This document shows, piece by piece, positions 1 through 11,902 of a DNA stretch of 64,000 nucleotides. Below the pieces are notes generated by a model, which had not been told where the DNA came from, made no database searches, and worked only from the letters and a program-made list of their open reading frames with translations. The position numbers and the translations under genes were made by a program. This DNA is from Eledone cirrhosa (Eukaryota), in the NCBI GenBank assembly GCA_964016885.1, contig OZ024741.1, positions 146,692,001 through 146,756,000 on the forward strand. Direction: 5' to 3'. Numbering within the stretch: position 1 is the first letter of the stretch; every line of letters starts with the position of its first letter.

Positions 1-1605
1 TAGTATTACCTGGTTAACGATACGTGTGGTTATAGTGTGACCTACAGACCCAGATGCCTTCAGCATCTCGGCAGCTATACCCGATGGACCGGTTGCCTTC
101 CCTATCTTCATATCTCTGATTGCCTTACTTACTACGCTGCCGCTGACTTGTACTGCTGGTCCCTCTATAGGGTCTACGTGGGGTAGGGTCTCTTCTTCCC
201 ATGCATTCTCCTCATTTAGTAATCTATCATAATGACTCTTCCATGCATCTTTCTTCTCAGCACTTGTGAGGGCAAGCTCACCTTTATCATTCCGGATACA
301 CTTCTCTCCAATGACATCACAACTATCTCTGACACACTGCCTCGCAATCTTGAATACCTCCTGTTTCTGGTCCTCACGTTGTAAAACATGCTTGAATTTT
401 CTATCCTCTGCTTCCCTCCTAGCTAAGTATACTTGTCGCCTAGCTTCCCTCTTGGTCTCTATGTAATGTACCCTGCTCCCCCCGTTCTTCCATTCTTTCC
501 ATGCCTGTCTCTTGGCCTTGACTGCTTCATCTACCTTATTGTTCCACCACCAAGTCACTCTCCTCCTGCTTGAGGTCTTACTCCAGCCACAAACCTCATC
601 CGTCGCCTCTAGTAAGTTATTTTTTAGGAACTCCCAGTTCTCTTCTACGTTAAATGTCTCTATCTGTTCTTCTTTACTGTCGTAGGCGTTGAGTAAAATA
701 TCTTTAAATCTGTTACTGGTTGAGGGGACTTTCAGCTTCCAGATCTTTCTTCTCCAGGTTGGCCTCTGTTTCAGGGCTCGTCTAGTTCTGACCGTGAGGT
801 CGCTGACAACTAAGCTATGTTGGGATGTACATTCCTCACTAGGGAAGGCTTTTGTGTTTACGACCGTCCATCTGTCACGTCCTCTGATGAGGATAAAATC
901 TAACTGACTAGAGTGCTCCCCTGATCTATAGGTGATCAGGTGGTTGTCGGGTTTTTTAAAGTTTGTGTTACATATCGACATGTCATTGGCGTCGCAGAAT
1001 TCTAGAAGTCTGAATCCTTCCTCATTCCTTGTGCCAACTCCATGGCCTCCATGTACTCTATTGAAGCCGTCGCAGTGTTTACCTACGTGTCCGTTAAAAT
1101 CTCCTGCAATGATTAGGAAGTCCTTGTCGTCTGTTAGAGCAGTAGTGTGTATTAGGGACTCGTAAAACCTATCCTTAAGTTCGTCTGGCAGCCCCGATTG
1201 GGGTGCGTAAGCTGATATTATTGTGGTAATTGTCTTATTCAGGACTAGTCTGAGTTTAATGATTCTTGCATTTACCCTGTACACTGAGATTACTTTATCT
1301 ACCCACTTGTCAGCTAATAGTATACCTACACCACCCATCCCATCGTCATTTCCCACCCAGAAAAATTTGTAGCACTGGCTTTTTCCTACAAGGACTCTAG
1401 CAGACCCTCCTCTCCATCTAGTCTCTTGCACACAGCATACATCAACTTCCTTTCGCTCTAGCATTTCTACGATTTCTCCTGCTCTTCCTTTCATTGAGCC
1501 TACATTGATGGTACCAACTCGGAGTTTTGGGCATTTGTCGACACTCGTAGGGGAGGGTCTCTGGGTTGGCGCTTCACGTGGGTGCTTGGTAGCTCGCAGA
1601 TTCAT
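1..1605 (-). CDS. RTE-clade non-LTR retrotransposon ORF, N-terminal part (APE endonuclease and linker); runs off the left window edge
   Basis: ATG at 1605 gives MNLRATK...LRVGTINVGSM...VCCVQETRW...GVGILL...SAYAPQ...IAGDFNGHVG...QLDFIL...SQHSLV, i.e. the APE motifs. Bases 1-1240 match 9991-11230 but lack that copy's stop codon at 10741-10743. Confidence 0.93.
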   Translation of the reverse strand, partial: MNLRATKHPREAPTQRPSPTSVDKCPKLRVGTINVGSMKGRAGEIVEMLERKEVDVCCVQETRWRGGSARVLVGKSQCYKFFWVGNDDGMGGVGILLADKWVDKVISVYRVNARIIKLRLVLNKTITTIISAYAPQSGLPDELKDRFYESLIHTTALTDDKDFLIIAGDFNGHVGKHCDGFNRVHGGHGVGTRNEEGFRLLEFCDANDMSICNTNFKKPDNHLITYRSGEHSSQLDFILIRGRDRWTVVNTKAFPSEECTSQHSLVVSDLTVRTRRALKQRPTWRRKIWKLKVPSTSNRFKDILLNAYDSKEEQIETFNVEENWEFLKNNLLEATDEVCGWSKTSSRRRVTWWWNNKVDEAVKAKRQAWKEWKNGGSRVHYIETKREARRQVYLARREAEDRKFKHVLQREDQKQEVFKIARQCVRDSCDVIGEKCIRNDKGELALTSAEKKDAWKSHYDRLLNEENAWEEETLPHVDPIEGPAVQVSGSVVSKAIRDMKIGKATGPSGIAAEMLKASGSVGHTITTRIVNQVIL

Positions 1606-1848
1606 ATTTCATCTATTGATTCAGAGTTGCTCGTGTATTCCCAGCTCATCCATCCCTAACGGTGGGAAAATTGAGGGCTAGAAGGACAGTGGTGGTGGGG
1701 TAATGGCAGGGTGTGTTGGGATGCGCCAGAGGAGGAGAGAGTTAGTTAGGCAGGTAGTAGCAGCAGCAGCAGTGGAAATGGCATGCTAGGTTTGATTGGT
1801 CGAATAGACTATGGTGGTGTGTGGGGGTGGGGGGGAGGTAAATTGTGA

Positions 1849-3244
1849 GGTAGGAACTGAGGGTCGCATGGTAAATAACTGAGAGAGATACAATAGGATT
1901 AGAATACCGCATGGTAAATATCCAAGTTAATAAGTTAATACTACATCAGTAAAATTAACAATAATAACGTCATGAAAAAAAAAAAAGCTACTAAGAGAAA
2001 CCCTCGAAAATTTATCGCTAATACAGCAGGGAAAATTTAACGCTAATACAGCAGGGAACATCATAATATTAACGACATGAAAAAGCTACTAAGAGAAACC
2101 CTCGAAAATTTATCGCTAATACAGCAGGGAAAATTTAACGCTAATACAGCAGGCAACATCATAATATTAACGACAATATGTAGGCTAAAATACCTTCGTA
2201 GATTAGGTGGATGGCTGGCTGGGAAAATTTGAATCAGCTCTAGTGGTACATTTTAGCAGAGAAGAATGGCAAAGTGTCTTATCTCTTCAATATTTTCAGA
2301 TTGAATGAATTAGGTTAAAGACAGGGTAGTAAGCCTTAAAGAAGTGCATAGAGGGGGGGGGGGTAGGAACTGAGGGTCGCATGGTAAATAACTGAGAGAG
2401 ATACAATAGGATTAGAATACCGCATGGTAAATATCCAAGTTAATAAGTTAATACTACATCAGTAAAATTAACAATAATAACGTCATGAAAAAAAAAAAAG
2501 CTACTAAGAGAAACCCTCGAAAATTTATCGCTAATACAGCAGGGAAAATTTAACGCTAATACAGCAGGGAACATCATAATATTAACGACATGAAAAAGCT
2601 ACTAAGAGAAACCCTCGAAAATTTATCGCTAATACAGCAGGGAAAATTTAACGCTAATACAGCAGGCAACATCATAATATTAACGACAATATGTAGGCTA
2701 AAATACCTTCGTAGATTAGGTGGATGGCTGGCTGGGAAAATTTGAATCAGCTCTAGTGGTACATTTTAGCAGAGAAGAATGGCAAAGTGTCTTATCTCTT
2801 CAATATTTTCAGATTGAATGAATTAGGTTAAAGACAGGGTAGTAAGCCTTAAAGAAGTGCATAGAGGGGGGGGGGGGTAGGAACTGAGGGTCGCATGGTA
2901 AATAACTGAGAGAGATACAATAGGATTAGAATACCGCATGGTAAATATCCAAGTTAATAAGTTAATACTACATCAGTAAAATTAACAATAATAACGTCAT
3001 GAAAAAAAAAAAAGCTACTAAGAGAAACCCTCGAAAATTTATCGCTAATACAGCAGGGAAAATTTAACGCTAATACAGCAGGGAACATCATAATATTAAC
3101 GACATGAAAAAGCTACTAAGAGAAACCCTCGAAAATTTATCGCTAATACAGCAGGGAAAATTTAACGCTAATACAGCAGGCAACATCATAATATTAACGA
3201 CAATATGTAGGCTAAAATACCTTCGTAGATTAGGTGGATGGCTG
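1849..3244. repeat. Tandem array of ~2.7 units of 513-514 bp upstream of the RTE ORF; each unit has an internal ~100 bp duplication
   Basis: 'taggaactgagggtcgcatgg' recurs at 1851, 2364 and 2878. Units differ only in homopolymer length. The array ends at a (TATG)n tract at 3245. Confidence 0.95.
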
Positions 3245-3487
3245 TATGTATGTATGAATGTATGTATGGTATGTGTGTATATATGAATATGTATGTGTTT
3301 ATGTTCTGTAACTTATAATTTCAATAAAATAAGTACTAGGCATGAAAATATATGTACTGGTCTTGATATCGTTGACCAAATGTCCCTATAAGGTGGTGCC
3401 CCAGCAGGGCCACAATCATATGATTAAACTAGTAAAAAATGTTTTCAAATATTATCTATTTAATACCAAGTATATTGTAATTATTTG

Positions 3488-3730
3488 ATCATCATCGTCA
3501 TCATCCGTCTTCCATGCTAGCATGGGTTTTACGTCCGTTCTTCCACGCTAGCATGGGTTAGACGGGTTGTCCTGTTGTGTGCAGTGTTCAGTTGGCTGAC
3601 CATGCCTTGCTCATACGGGAACTGATTCTGGCTTGATTTCTACAGCTGGATGCCCTTCCTAACACCAACCTCATTTACAGTGAGTGATGGGTGCTTTTTT
3701 CCGTGGCGCTATTTTTTCCGTGGCGCTATT
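3488..3730 (-). mobile_element. 5'-truncated RTE 3' UTR fragment with (GAT)n tail
   Basis: Near-identical to 8190-8375; (cat)n tail at about 3489-3505. Confidence 0.85.
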
Positions 3731-4328
3731 TGTAATAATTGATAAATCAAAAGAAGTTGAATTTAAGATAAAATATTTGTGAATATTTTTATATAAACTA
3801 CTGATTTCTAGCTTAAGAACAAGGAAAAAATGATTTTGTTTCTTTTGATACTTTAGTCAGAGCAAAGAGAATAGTACCGAGGGCATATTTAGAGCTCATT
3901 AGACTGGCTGCAGAAAACAAAGAAAACTCTACATCTGTTGATGCAATAAGATGCAGCAGAAGATATTAACTTTTAATACCAAACTGCCTGAAGCCAACTG
4001 CCTGAAGTTCTATGATACAGAACTATTTGCTTTACAGTATTTATATTTAAAAACCTTCCAGTATAAGGATTTGCAAGAATTTATTTTATATTAAAAAATT
4101 TAGCTTAATTATGATAAAGTTAATAATATTACTAAATTCATCCAAATTCCTGATTATTTTCAAAATTATAGGCAGTGTTCTTCATTAGAAATATGGTAAG
4201 GAAGGTGTTAATTTATCCTCAGAGTATTTTTAAAGCCTAAATTCTTTCAATACAGTAGTGAACTCTGCAAAAGCAACTCAAAGGCCAGCAGATTGTGTTA
4301 AACTGTTATTATTTTATTGAGCATAAAA

Positions 4329-4519
4329 GGGCGGTGGATTGGCAGTATCAGTAGAGCGTCGGACGCCATGCTTTCCAGCATAGTTACGTCCCTTTACGAT
4401 CTGAGTTAAAATCCCGCCGAGGTTGACTTTGCCTTTCATCCTTACGGGATCGATAAAATAAAGTACCAGTAATGCACTGGGTAATTGCTGGCCTTGTGCC
4501 TAAAGTAGAGACAATTATT
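4329..4519 (+). mobile_element. tRNA-derived SINE (family A) with ~18 bp TSD
   Basis: A-box-like TGGCAGTATCAG, B-box-like GAGTTAAAATCC, central 'tttgcctttcatccttacgggatcgataaaataaagtaccag', tail 'ccttgtgcctaaagtagagacaattatt'. TSD attatttt(t)attgagcata on both sides. Confidence 0.88.
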
Positions 4520-5421
4520 TTATTGAGCATAGAGAGATGGAAGGTAAAGTTATCCCTTACAAGGTTTGAAATCAGAAACAAACTAAATATCAAGCCTGTC
4601 ACCAGGCTTTAGTGCTGGGATTTGGGGTTGGGCTTCAGAACATTCTGTGTGAGCATTCTAATTTACAGTAATTCTAAGGTAGAGTTTTGAGATAAAAGTA
4701 GGGAAGCAGTGCCATACAGTGCCCCTATCACCCCACCCTTAGCAAAGGACCAACTAAATACCATTAGGTAATTTGTCTTAGTACACTGTCTACTTTGCCA
4801 TCCTCCACCCAAAATGATTTCTAACATAGGCAGAAGAGCACAAATTCTGGAAAAGAGATGATGGCTTCTTATTTTGTTGATCATGAAAAGATGATAACAG
4901 TGGAATTTAACTCAAGACTTAAAGACATGCAGCTAAATACTTCAAGATGTAAAGACATGCTACTAAATTCTGCAAGGTGTAAAACATGGAATCAAATATT
5001 GCAATATATTTTCTTAAGTGCTCTGAACAGCCAGTTTAGGAGAGCAGTAATTCCGTATAAAACCAGCATGGAAGAGACATTGTCTCTGTGAACCATAATG
5101 AAGGCAGCCCATTTAGAAGAGCCATATAAAAATTGCATGGAGGAGACACAGACTCAAAATAAATACTGGCTGTATAAAAAGGACACTTTAGTCTTGACAG
5201 ACAAACTTTCTAGTGCTGGAAGAAAAATAAAATGCATCCGGTCTACACTGTAAAGTTGTTGGTGATAGGAAAAGCATCCAGCCAGTTAAATCATGCTAAA
5301 ATATGAATAGTTCTGATATGATACACCCTATATAACCTATGCAAGCATGGAAAATCAGTTGTAAATATAATTATGAAGGGTATAAAATAATTCCAATGAA
5401 ATGGAATCTTAGCACTACATA

Positions 5422-6018
5422 TTAACTCATTTGTAAACATATTTCTAATGAAATACATCACCTGTGTTTTTCAATTAATTTTGAAAATATTCAACATTTT
5501 GAGGGAATTTAGTAAAATAACTTATTGTATTATTAAGCTAGTGTTTAGTACATAATTTAACAAACATTTTCCCTATCATTATTGGCGGTGGATTGGCAGT
5601 ATTGGTAGAGGGTTGGATGCCATGCTTTCCAGCATAGTTACATCCCTTTTGCGGTCTGAGTTCAAATTCCGCCGAGGTGAACTTTGCCTTTCATCCTTAA
5701 GGGGTCGATAAAATAAAGTACCAGTAATGTACTGGGTATTTGATGGCCTTGTGCCAAAAGTAGAAACAATTATTGTCTTATCTAGCATAGAGTTACCTCT
5801 CTTTATGACCTGAGTTCAAATCCCGTCGAGGTTAACTTTGCCTTTCATCCTTACGAGGTCGATAAAATAAAGTACCAGTAATGCACTGGGTAATTTATGG
5901 CCTTGTGCCTAAAGTAGAAACAATTATTGTCTTATCTAAAATAGGAATACTTTAAGACAGGAGGTGCATCATGAGAGAAGTAAGGTGGTTTTCACTGGGT
6001 TTGTATCAAAAGGGTTAA
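5422..6018. mobile_element. Degenerate TTAA-flanked MITE-like repeat (piggyBac-like ends), interrupted by two SINEs
   Basis: Ends 'ttaactcatttgtaaac' and 'gtatcaaaagggttaa'. Related AT-rich bodies occur at ~4000-4200, 26930-27480, 52146-52381, 57990-58260 and 58370-58755. Confidence 0.5.
5584..5938 (+). mobile_element. Two tandem family-A SINEs (full-length plus 5'-truncated)
   Basis: Same body as 4329-4519; the second copy is flanked by the direct repeat attattgtcttatcta. Confidence 0.88.
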
Positions 6019-6549
6019 TTCTCCTGCTTCCTATGATGGTAAGCTAGATCTACCTTATTTGTACCTTAGCCAGTAAAATGTAGTAGCTAACTTGATTTTG
6101 ACCTTTGTGCAGTGTTGCTGACAGAATATCCTAAAAGCAATTCTTTAGTTAGCCACCTTGTCAATTAGTGCACCTGTAGATTTCAAGTTTATACACCCAG
6201 CTCCCCATTAAAATATGAAATAACAAACATTTAGAATACTAAACTCACTTGAATACAGTATGAAAACTAAAAATAAAAATATTATGGAAAGACTTTTCAT
6301 ATACTAGAAATTATTTTTAGCTCTTCATTTTTGGAACATATTTTATGCATCGAATAAGTATGTTATCTACTTTGAAATAGTAACTATATGAATAAATTTT
6401 CTCTTGAAAATATGTTTGCATCGGAAGCTTCTACTACCACTATGTAATAGAATTATGTCTATACAGTTAAGATAGCCATGAGCATATGTCTTTAAACAAT
6501 CGCTCTGTTACCAGAAGGAGTCCATTTAACATTACCTTGCCTGCTACAC

Positions 6550-6695
6550 AATGGCCAAATGGTTAAGAAGCTCACTTCTCAATCATTAGATCCCATGCTT
6601 GATCCTACTGCATGGAATTTTAGGCAAGTGTCGTTAACTATTGCCTCAGGTCAATCCATGCTTTCAAAGTAAAACTGAGTCAATGGTAACTGTTA
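6550..6695 (+). mobile_element. Degenerate tRNA-derived SINE
   Basis: A-box-like TGGCCAAATGG followed by a 'ggcaagtgtc' core; heavily diverged. Confidence 0.5.
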
Positions 6696-6959
6696 TGTTG
6701 AATCTTCATGAACATTATGTTAAGGATACACGTGTCTGTGGAATGCTCAGGCACTTAAGTGTTCATTTAATGAGCAGGCTGTTCCACTGATCTAACAACT
6801 GGAATACTCATCATCGAAATTGACAATCCATTCCACCTGCTACAATCAACAAATGTTTACATACTGTTCAAACATGAATGTCAGAGTTATCATTTTACAC
6901 CTGGTTTTTCATATTTATATGGGTTGGACCTGGCACAGAGCTTATCCCCATTTCATAAA

Positions 6960-7200
6960 CATTAAGTAACTGATTGTACTAGACTTACCCCCATGCCCAC
7001 CCTCTGAATGGAACAGCAATCTGTCACAGGGCAGGGCCTCAGCTGCTACTGTTGATACTCATTTTCTGCTGGTTGAATTTGATCAATGAGAATTAAAATG
7101 CCTCGATAAAAGATTCAATATTTCACCTAATTTTGGAATTGAACCCATAACCTTATAATTGTGAACCTAACATCCCAAGCACTAAACCACACACCTTCAC
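6960..7200 (-). mobile_element. Degenerate tRNA-derived SINE
   Basis: Reverse complement gives 'gtgtggtttagtgcttggg...gggttcaattcc' (A and B boxes). Similar heads at 11390-11550, 12760-12935 and 60060-60210 (-) and 31510-31650 (+). Confidence 0.55.
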
Positions 7201-7254
7201 TAGTACCAACAATAATTTACTAAAATTGATATTCAATTAAAAAATGAATTTAAT

Positions 7255-7522
7255 ATACTGTAAAGTGGTCATGTAGGCATCATGACAAAAAGTACCCAGT
7301 ACACACTGTAAATGTGGTTGGCATTAGGAAGGGCATCCAGTTATAGAAACCAACCCCAAATCAGTTCCTGTGTGAACAAAACAATGTCCTCCGACCTGAA
7401 TGCCTCACAACAGGGCAACACGTCCAACCCATGCTAGCGTGGAAATTGGATGTTAAACGATGATGATTATTTCCATTTGACCATGCAAGCGTGGAACATG
7501 GATGTTAAACGATGATGATGAT
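7255..7522 (+). mobile_element. RTE-type 3' UTR fragment with a duplicated terminal tail
   Basis: 'gtggttggcattaggaagggcatccag...ccatgctagcgtggaaattggatgttaaacgatgatg', then a second copy of the terminal ~40 nt. Confidence 0.8.
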
Positions 7523-7595
7523 AACTGTATTGTAATATTAACATTTGTCCTTTTCAGTTGGGAGTTTCCAATCCCACCAAATTTAAATTTACTTT

Positions 7596-7926
7596 GGAGG
7601 CACATGGCTTAGTGGTTAGAGCATTGGCCTTGCAATCGAAAGGTTGTGAGTTCAATTCTCAGACCGGGTGATGTGTTGTTTCTTTGAGCAAGACACTTTA
7701 TTTCACATTGCTCCAGTTTACTCAGCTGTAGAAATGAGATGATAGGACTGGGGTCCATATCATTCCACTGCAAAGTGGTCGTGGAGGCACCACGGCAAAA
7801 AGGCACCGAGCACTCACTGTAAATGAGGTTGGTATTAGGAAGGGCATCCAGCTGTAGAAATCAAGCCAGAATCAGTTCCCGTCCCACCTTTGCAAGCAGG
7901 GAAAAGCGGACGTAAAATGAAAATGA
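7596..7926 (+). mobile_element. tRNA-derived SINE (family B) with an RTE-derived 3' half
   Basis: A box TGGCTTAGTGG, B box GAGTTCAATTC, core 'ttgagcaagacactttatttcacattgctccag'. 7770-7880 matches the RTE 3' UTR at 8285-8430. Confidence 0.85.
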
Positions 7927-7973
7927 TATATTTTCTTTTCTCCAGAGTCAACATTATAAATATCAGTAACATG

Positions 7974-8141
7974 CCGTATTTCCTAGTGCCGAAGACACTT
8001 CATCCTCGAGGACGCACCCTAATTTTGACAACCAAAAATGTGAAAAATAATGATAAACAACCTTCGGCCTCTGGGACGCATGGTAGATTTTTGAAACTGA
8101 TTTTAGGAAAAAAGTAGCGTCTTCGATGCCGGGAAATACGG
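7974..8141. mobile_element. Tc1/mariner (pogo/Tigger-like) MITE
   Basis: Imperfect TIRs ccgtatttcctagtgccgaagacact / agcgtcttcgatgccgggaaatacgg, flanked by TG (left) and TA (right). Confidence 0.75.
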
Positions 8142-8169
8142 TACATCAGCTAATTTAACTGATTTTGTC

Positions 8170-11100
8170 TCATCATCATCATCATCATCACCGTTTTACG
8201 TCCGTTCTTCCACGCTAGCATGGGTTAGACGGGTTGTCCTGTTGTGGGCAGTGTCTGGTCGGCTGACCATGCCTTGCTCATACAGGAACTGATCTGGCTT
8301 GATTTCTACAGCTGGATGCCCTTCCTAACACCAACCTCATTTACAGTGAGTGCTGGGTGCTTTTTCGTGGCGCCTACACGTCCACTTTACAGTGTGGGCT
8401 GGGTGCTTTTTTGCCGTGGCACCTCCACGACCACCTTGCGGTGGGGGGGGGGGGGGGGCATATTGTTTATATGCTTCAGCATGTACCCATGGGAGGTCGG
8501 GTACCCTGTATTACTGCGTGACGCCAGAAGTCACGGTCGTGTGTCATTGACTTTGAGAGGTGTAGTTGGGTAAGGTCGGCTTTTATCACCTCATCCCAAG
8601 TCATCTTGGGTCTCCCCACTCCGCGGTTTCCATCAACTTCTAGTGCTCTGCACCTTTTTATGCAGCTGTCATCCTTCATACGCATCACATGTCCATACCA
8701 GTGTAACCGCCTCTCCTGCACGCAGCATTTGATTCCTCTTATGCTCAGTCTCTCTCTCAATTCATTTATGCTTTGTCGTTCACGTATATTACTGTTACAC
8801 ATCCATCGGAGCATGCAGGCTTCGTTTCTCTCTAATCTACGTAAGTCTTCCACCTTCAGCGCCCAGGTCTCACTACCATGCAACATCGCTGTTCGGATAC
8901 ACGCATCATACAGTCTGCCTTTCATTCTGAGGGAGAAGCCTTTTGCAGCTAGCAGTGGTAGTAGTTCCCTAAACTTCTTCCATCCCGTTCTTACCCTAGT
9001 TATTGTACTTTCTGAGCACCCACCTCCGTTGCTAATTCGGTCACCTAGGTAGCAGAAGCTGTCTACTGTTTCTACGGAGACCTCCCAGAGATTGGTGGTA
9101 CTTGTCTCCTGTGGCTGTTTGCTTGCTGTTTCAGCACAGCTGCTGCATGTGAATCCTACATTCTTAATTAAGCTTCCTGAGATCCCGCTACATCTCTTGT
9201 GTACCCATTGTTTGCATTTGGGGCAAAGAATGGAGTTCCTACCTACACCTTTCCTACATACTGAGCAAGGCCATTTCCCTGAGGGGATCTGGGTTCTGTT
9301 TTCTCGTCTACTTATAAGGACCTTAGTCTTTGTCATGTTGACTTTGAGGCCCTTTCTCTCTAGTCCCTGCTTCCAGGTTTGGAATTTATTCTCTAGTTCT
9401 ACCATAGATTCAGCTATGAGTGCGAGGTCATCAGCATACAGGAGTTCCCATGGGCATCCGGTCTTAAACTCCTCCGTTATTGCCTGCAGGACTATGATGA
9501 ACAGGAGAGGGCTAAGAACAGAGCCCTGGTGGACCCCAACCTGTACGCTAAATTCCTCGCTATACTCATTGCCAATCCTAACTTTGCTGACTGCTCCCCT
9601 ATACATGGCTTGTACCGCTTTCACAAGCCATTCATCTACTCCTAGTTTTCTAAGAGCTCACCAGATTACTGCACGTGGAACTCTGTCAAAGGCTTTCTCA
9701 AGGTCGACAAATGCCAAGTAGAGTGGCTTACTTTTAGCTAGGTACTTTTCCTGTAATTGCCTCACAAGGAAGAGCGCATCAGTGGTGCCTTTCCCTGGTA
9801 CAAACCCAAATTGCATCTCGTCTATATTCACCCGGTCCCTAATCAGCTGTGCTATAACTCTTTCTGTTACTTTCATGACCTGGTCCATCAACTTTATACC
9901 TCTATAGTTTCCTCTAGCTAGTGCATCGCCTTTACCTTTGTAGCAGTTGACAATGATGCTACTGCACCAATCTTTTGGTATGGCCCCCTCTAGTATTACC
10001 TGGTTAACGATACGTGTGGTTATAGTGTGACCTACAGACCCAGATGCCTTCAGCATCTCGGCAGCTATACCCGATGGACCGGTTGCCTTCCCTATCTTCA
10101 TATCTCTGATTGCCTTACTTACTACGCTGCCGCTGACTTGTACTGCTGGTCCCTCTATAGGGTCTACGTGGGGTAGGGTCTCTTCTTCCCATGCATTCTC
10201 CTCATTTAGTAATCTATCATAATGACTCTTCCATGCATCTTTCTTCTCAGCACTTGTGAGGGCAAGCTCACCTTTATCATTCCGGATACACTTCTCTCCA
10301 ATGACATCACAACTATCTCTGACACACTGCCTCGCAATCTTGAATACCTCCTGTTTCTGGTCCTCACGTTGTAAAACATGCTTGAATTTTCTATCCTCTG
10401 CTTCCCTCCTAGCTAAGTATACTTGTCGCCTAGCTTCCCTCTTGGTCTCTATGTAATGTACCCTGCTCCCCCCGTTCTTCCATTCTTTCCATGCCTGTCT
10501 CTTGGCCTTGACTGCTTCATCTACCTTATTGTTCCACCACCAAGTCACTCTCCTCCTGCTTGAGGTCTTACTCCAGCCACAAACCTCATCCGTCGCCTCT
10601 AGTAAGTTATTTTTTAGGAACTCCCAGTTCTCTTCTACGTTAAATGTCTCTATCTGTTCTTCTTTACTGTCGTAGGCGTTGAGTAAAATATCTTTAAATC
10701 TGTTACTGGTTGAGGGGACTTTCAGCTTCCAGATCTTTCTTCACCAGGTTGGCCTCTGTTTCAGGGCTCGTCTAGTTCTGACCGTGAGGTCGCTGACAAC
10801 TAAGCTATGTTGGGATGTACATTCCTCACTAGGGAAGGCTTTTGTGTTTACGACCGTCCATCTGTCACGTCCTCTGATGAGGATAAAATCTAACTGACTA
10901 GAGTGCTCCCCTGATCTATAGGTGATCAGGTGGTTGTCGGGTTTTTTAAAGTTTGTGTTACATATCGACATGTCATTGGCGTCGCAAAATTCTAGAAGTC
11001 TGAATCCTTCCTCATTCCTTGTGCCAACTCCATGGCCTCCATGTACTCTATTGAAGCCGTCGCAGTGTTTACCTACGTGTCCGTTAAAATCTCCTGCAAT

Positions 11101-11230
11101 GATTAGGAAGTCCTTGTCGTCTGTTAGAGCAGTAGTGTGTATTAGGGACTCGTAAAACCTATCCTTAAGTTCGTCTGGCAGCCCCGATTGGGGTGCGTAA
11201 GCTGATATTATTGTGGTAATTGTCTTATTC
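8170..11230 (-). mobile_element. 5'-truncated RTE-clade LINE (partial APE, RT, PHD finger, 3' UTR, (GAT)n tail) with two in-frame TGA stops
   Basis: ORF pieces 10741-11232, 9658-10548 and 8476-9624 share one frame. Motifs NYRGIKL, QFGF, FVDLEKAFD, GVHQGSVLSPLLF, LLYADD, YLG. Stops at 10741-10743 and 9658-9660. Confidence 0.96.
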
Positions 11231-11871
11231 ATAAATAAATATTCATAAATAAATATTTGTATTGAAAAGGTTGCTGATCAATCAAATTAAATAACAGCAC
11301 ATAATATCCTAAATTATGTAACCTTATAGATAGCTCAAACACATGTAAGTTTAACTAGCCTCCTACAAAGTTGCATTTCATAGGTTTCTTAAATGTTTTA
11401 ATGGTAGGGGGCCCAGTTCTATAAAAAAAAAAGTAATGTGAAATGAAGTGTCTTCCTCAAGAACACAACATACCACAAAGTCAAGGAATCAAACCTATGA
11501 ACATATGATCATGTGTCCAACACCCAAACCATTAGGTCTGGCACCTTACGCCAACATTTAAATCAATAGAGACATTTCAATACAGTGAGTGTAGTTCTTC
11601 ACATTAAATAGTAGCCATTTTAAGTATGAAGCAGTCACCAATATGTGAGCCAACTGCTATAAAAATGTTATTTTTGTAAGAAATTATATCATCTATGTGA
11701 TCAAATTAAGAAAGACACCATAAACAAATATGGTCCAACTTTGAAAAAATATTATTTATAAAAAAGACGTGTAGATAAATGTTTCAAGAACTTCTAATGG
11801 TAGCATACGTAAAAGACAAGTTAATAAGAAAACTACTATCATTCATTCTAAGCCCTCCCATATTCTTTAAC

Positions 11872-11902
<31 letters not shown>

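Noticed and set aside
3857-3969. Possible plus-strand terminal exon (RAKRIVPRAYLELIRLAAENK...)
   Set aside because: A pyrimidine tract and AG are present, but it is short, unrecognised and has no supporting upstream exon.
7596-7670. tRNA gene
   Set aside because: A and B boxes are present, but there is no complete cloverleaf and it continues into a SINE body and LINE tail.
8606-9721. Long antisense ORFs over LINE coding regions (also 38452-38961, 43242-43589, 56107-57048)
   Set aside because: Shadow frames of RT genes with no independent motifs.
9658-10743. Programmed readthrough of the two TGA codons in the RTE copy
   Set aside because: Homologous positions are AGA in the left copy and TGG in the 55 kb copy, so they are copy-specific mutations or errors.
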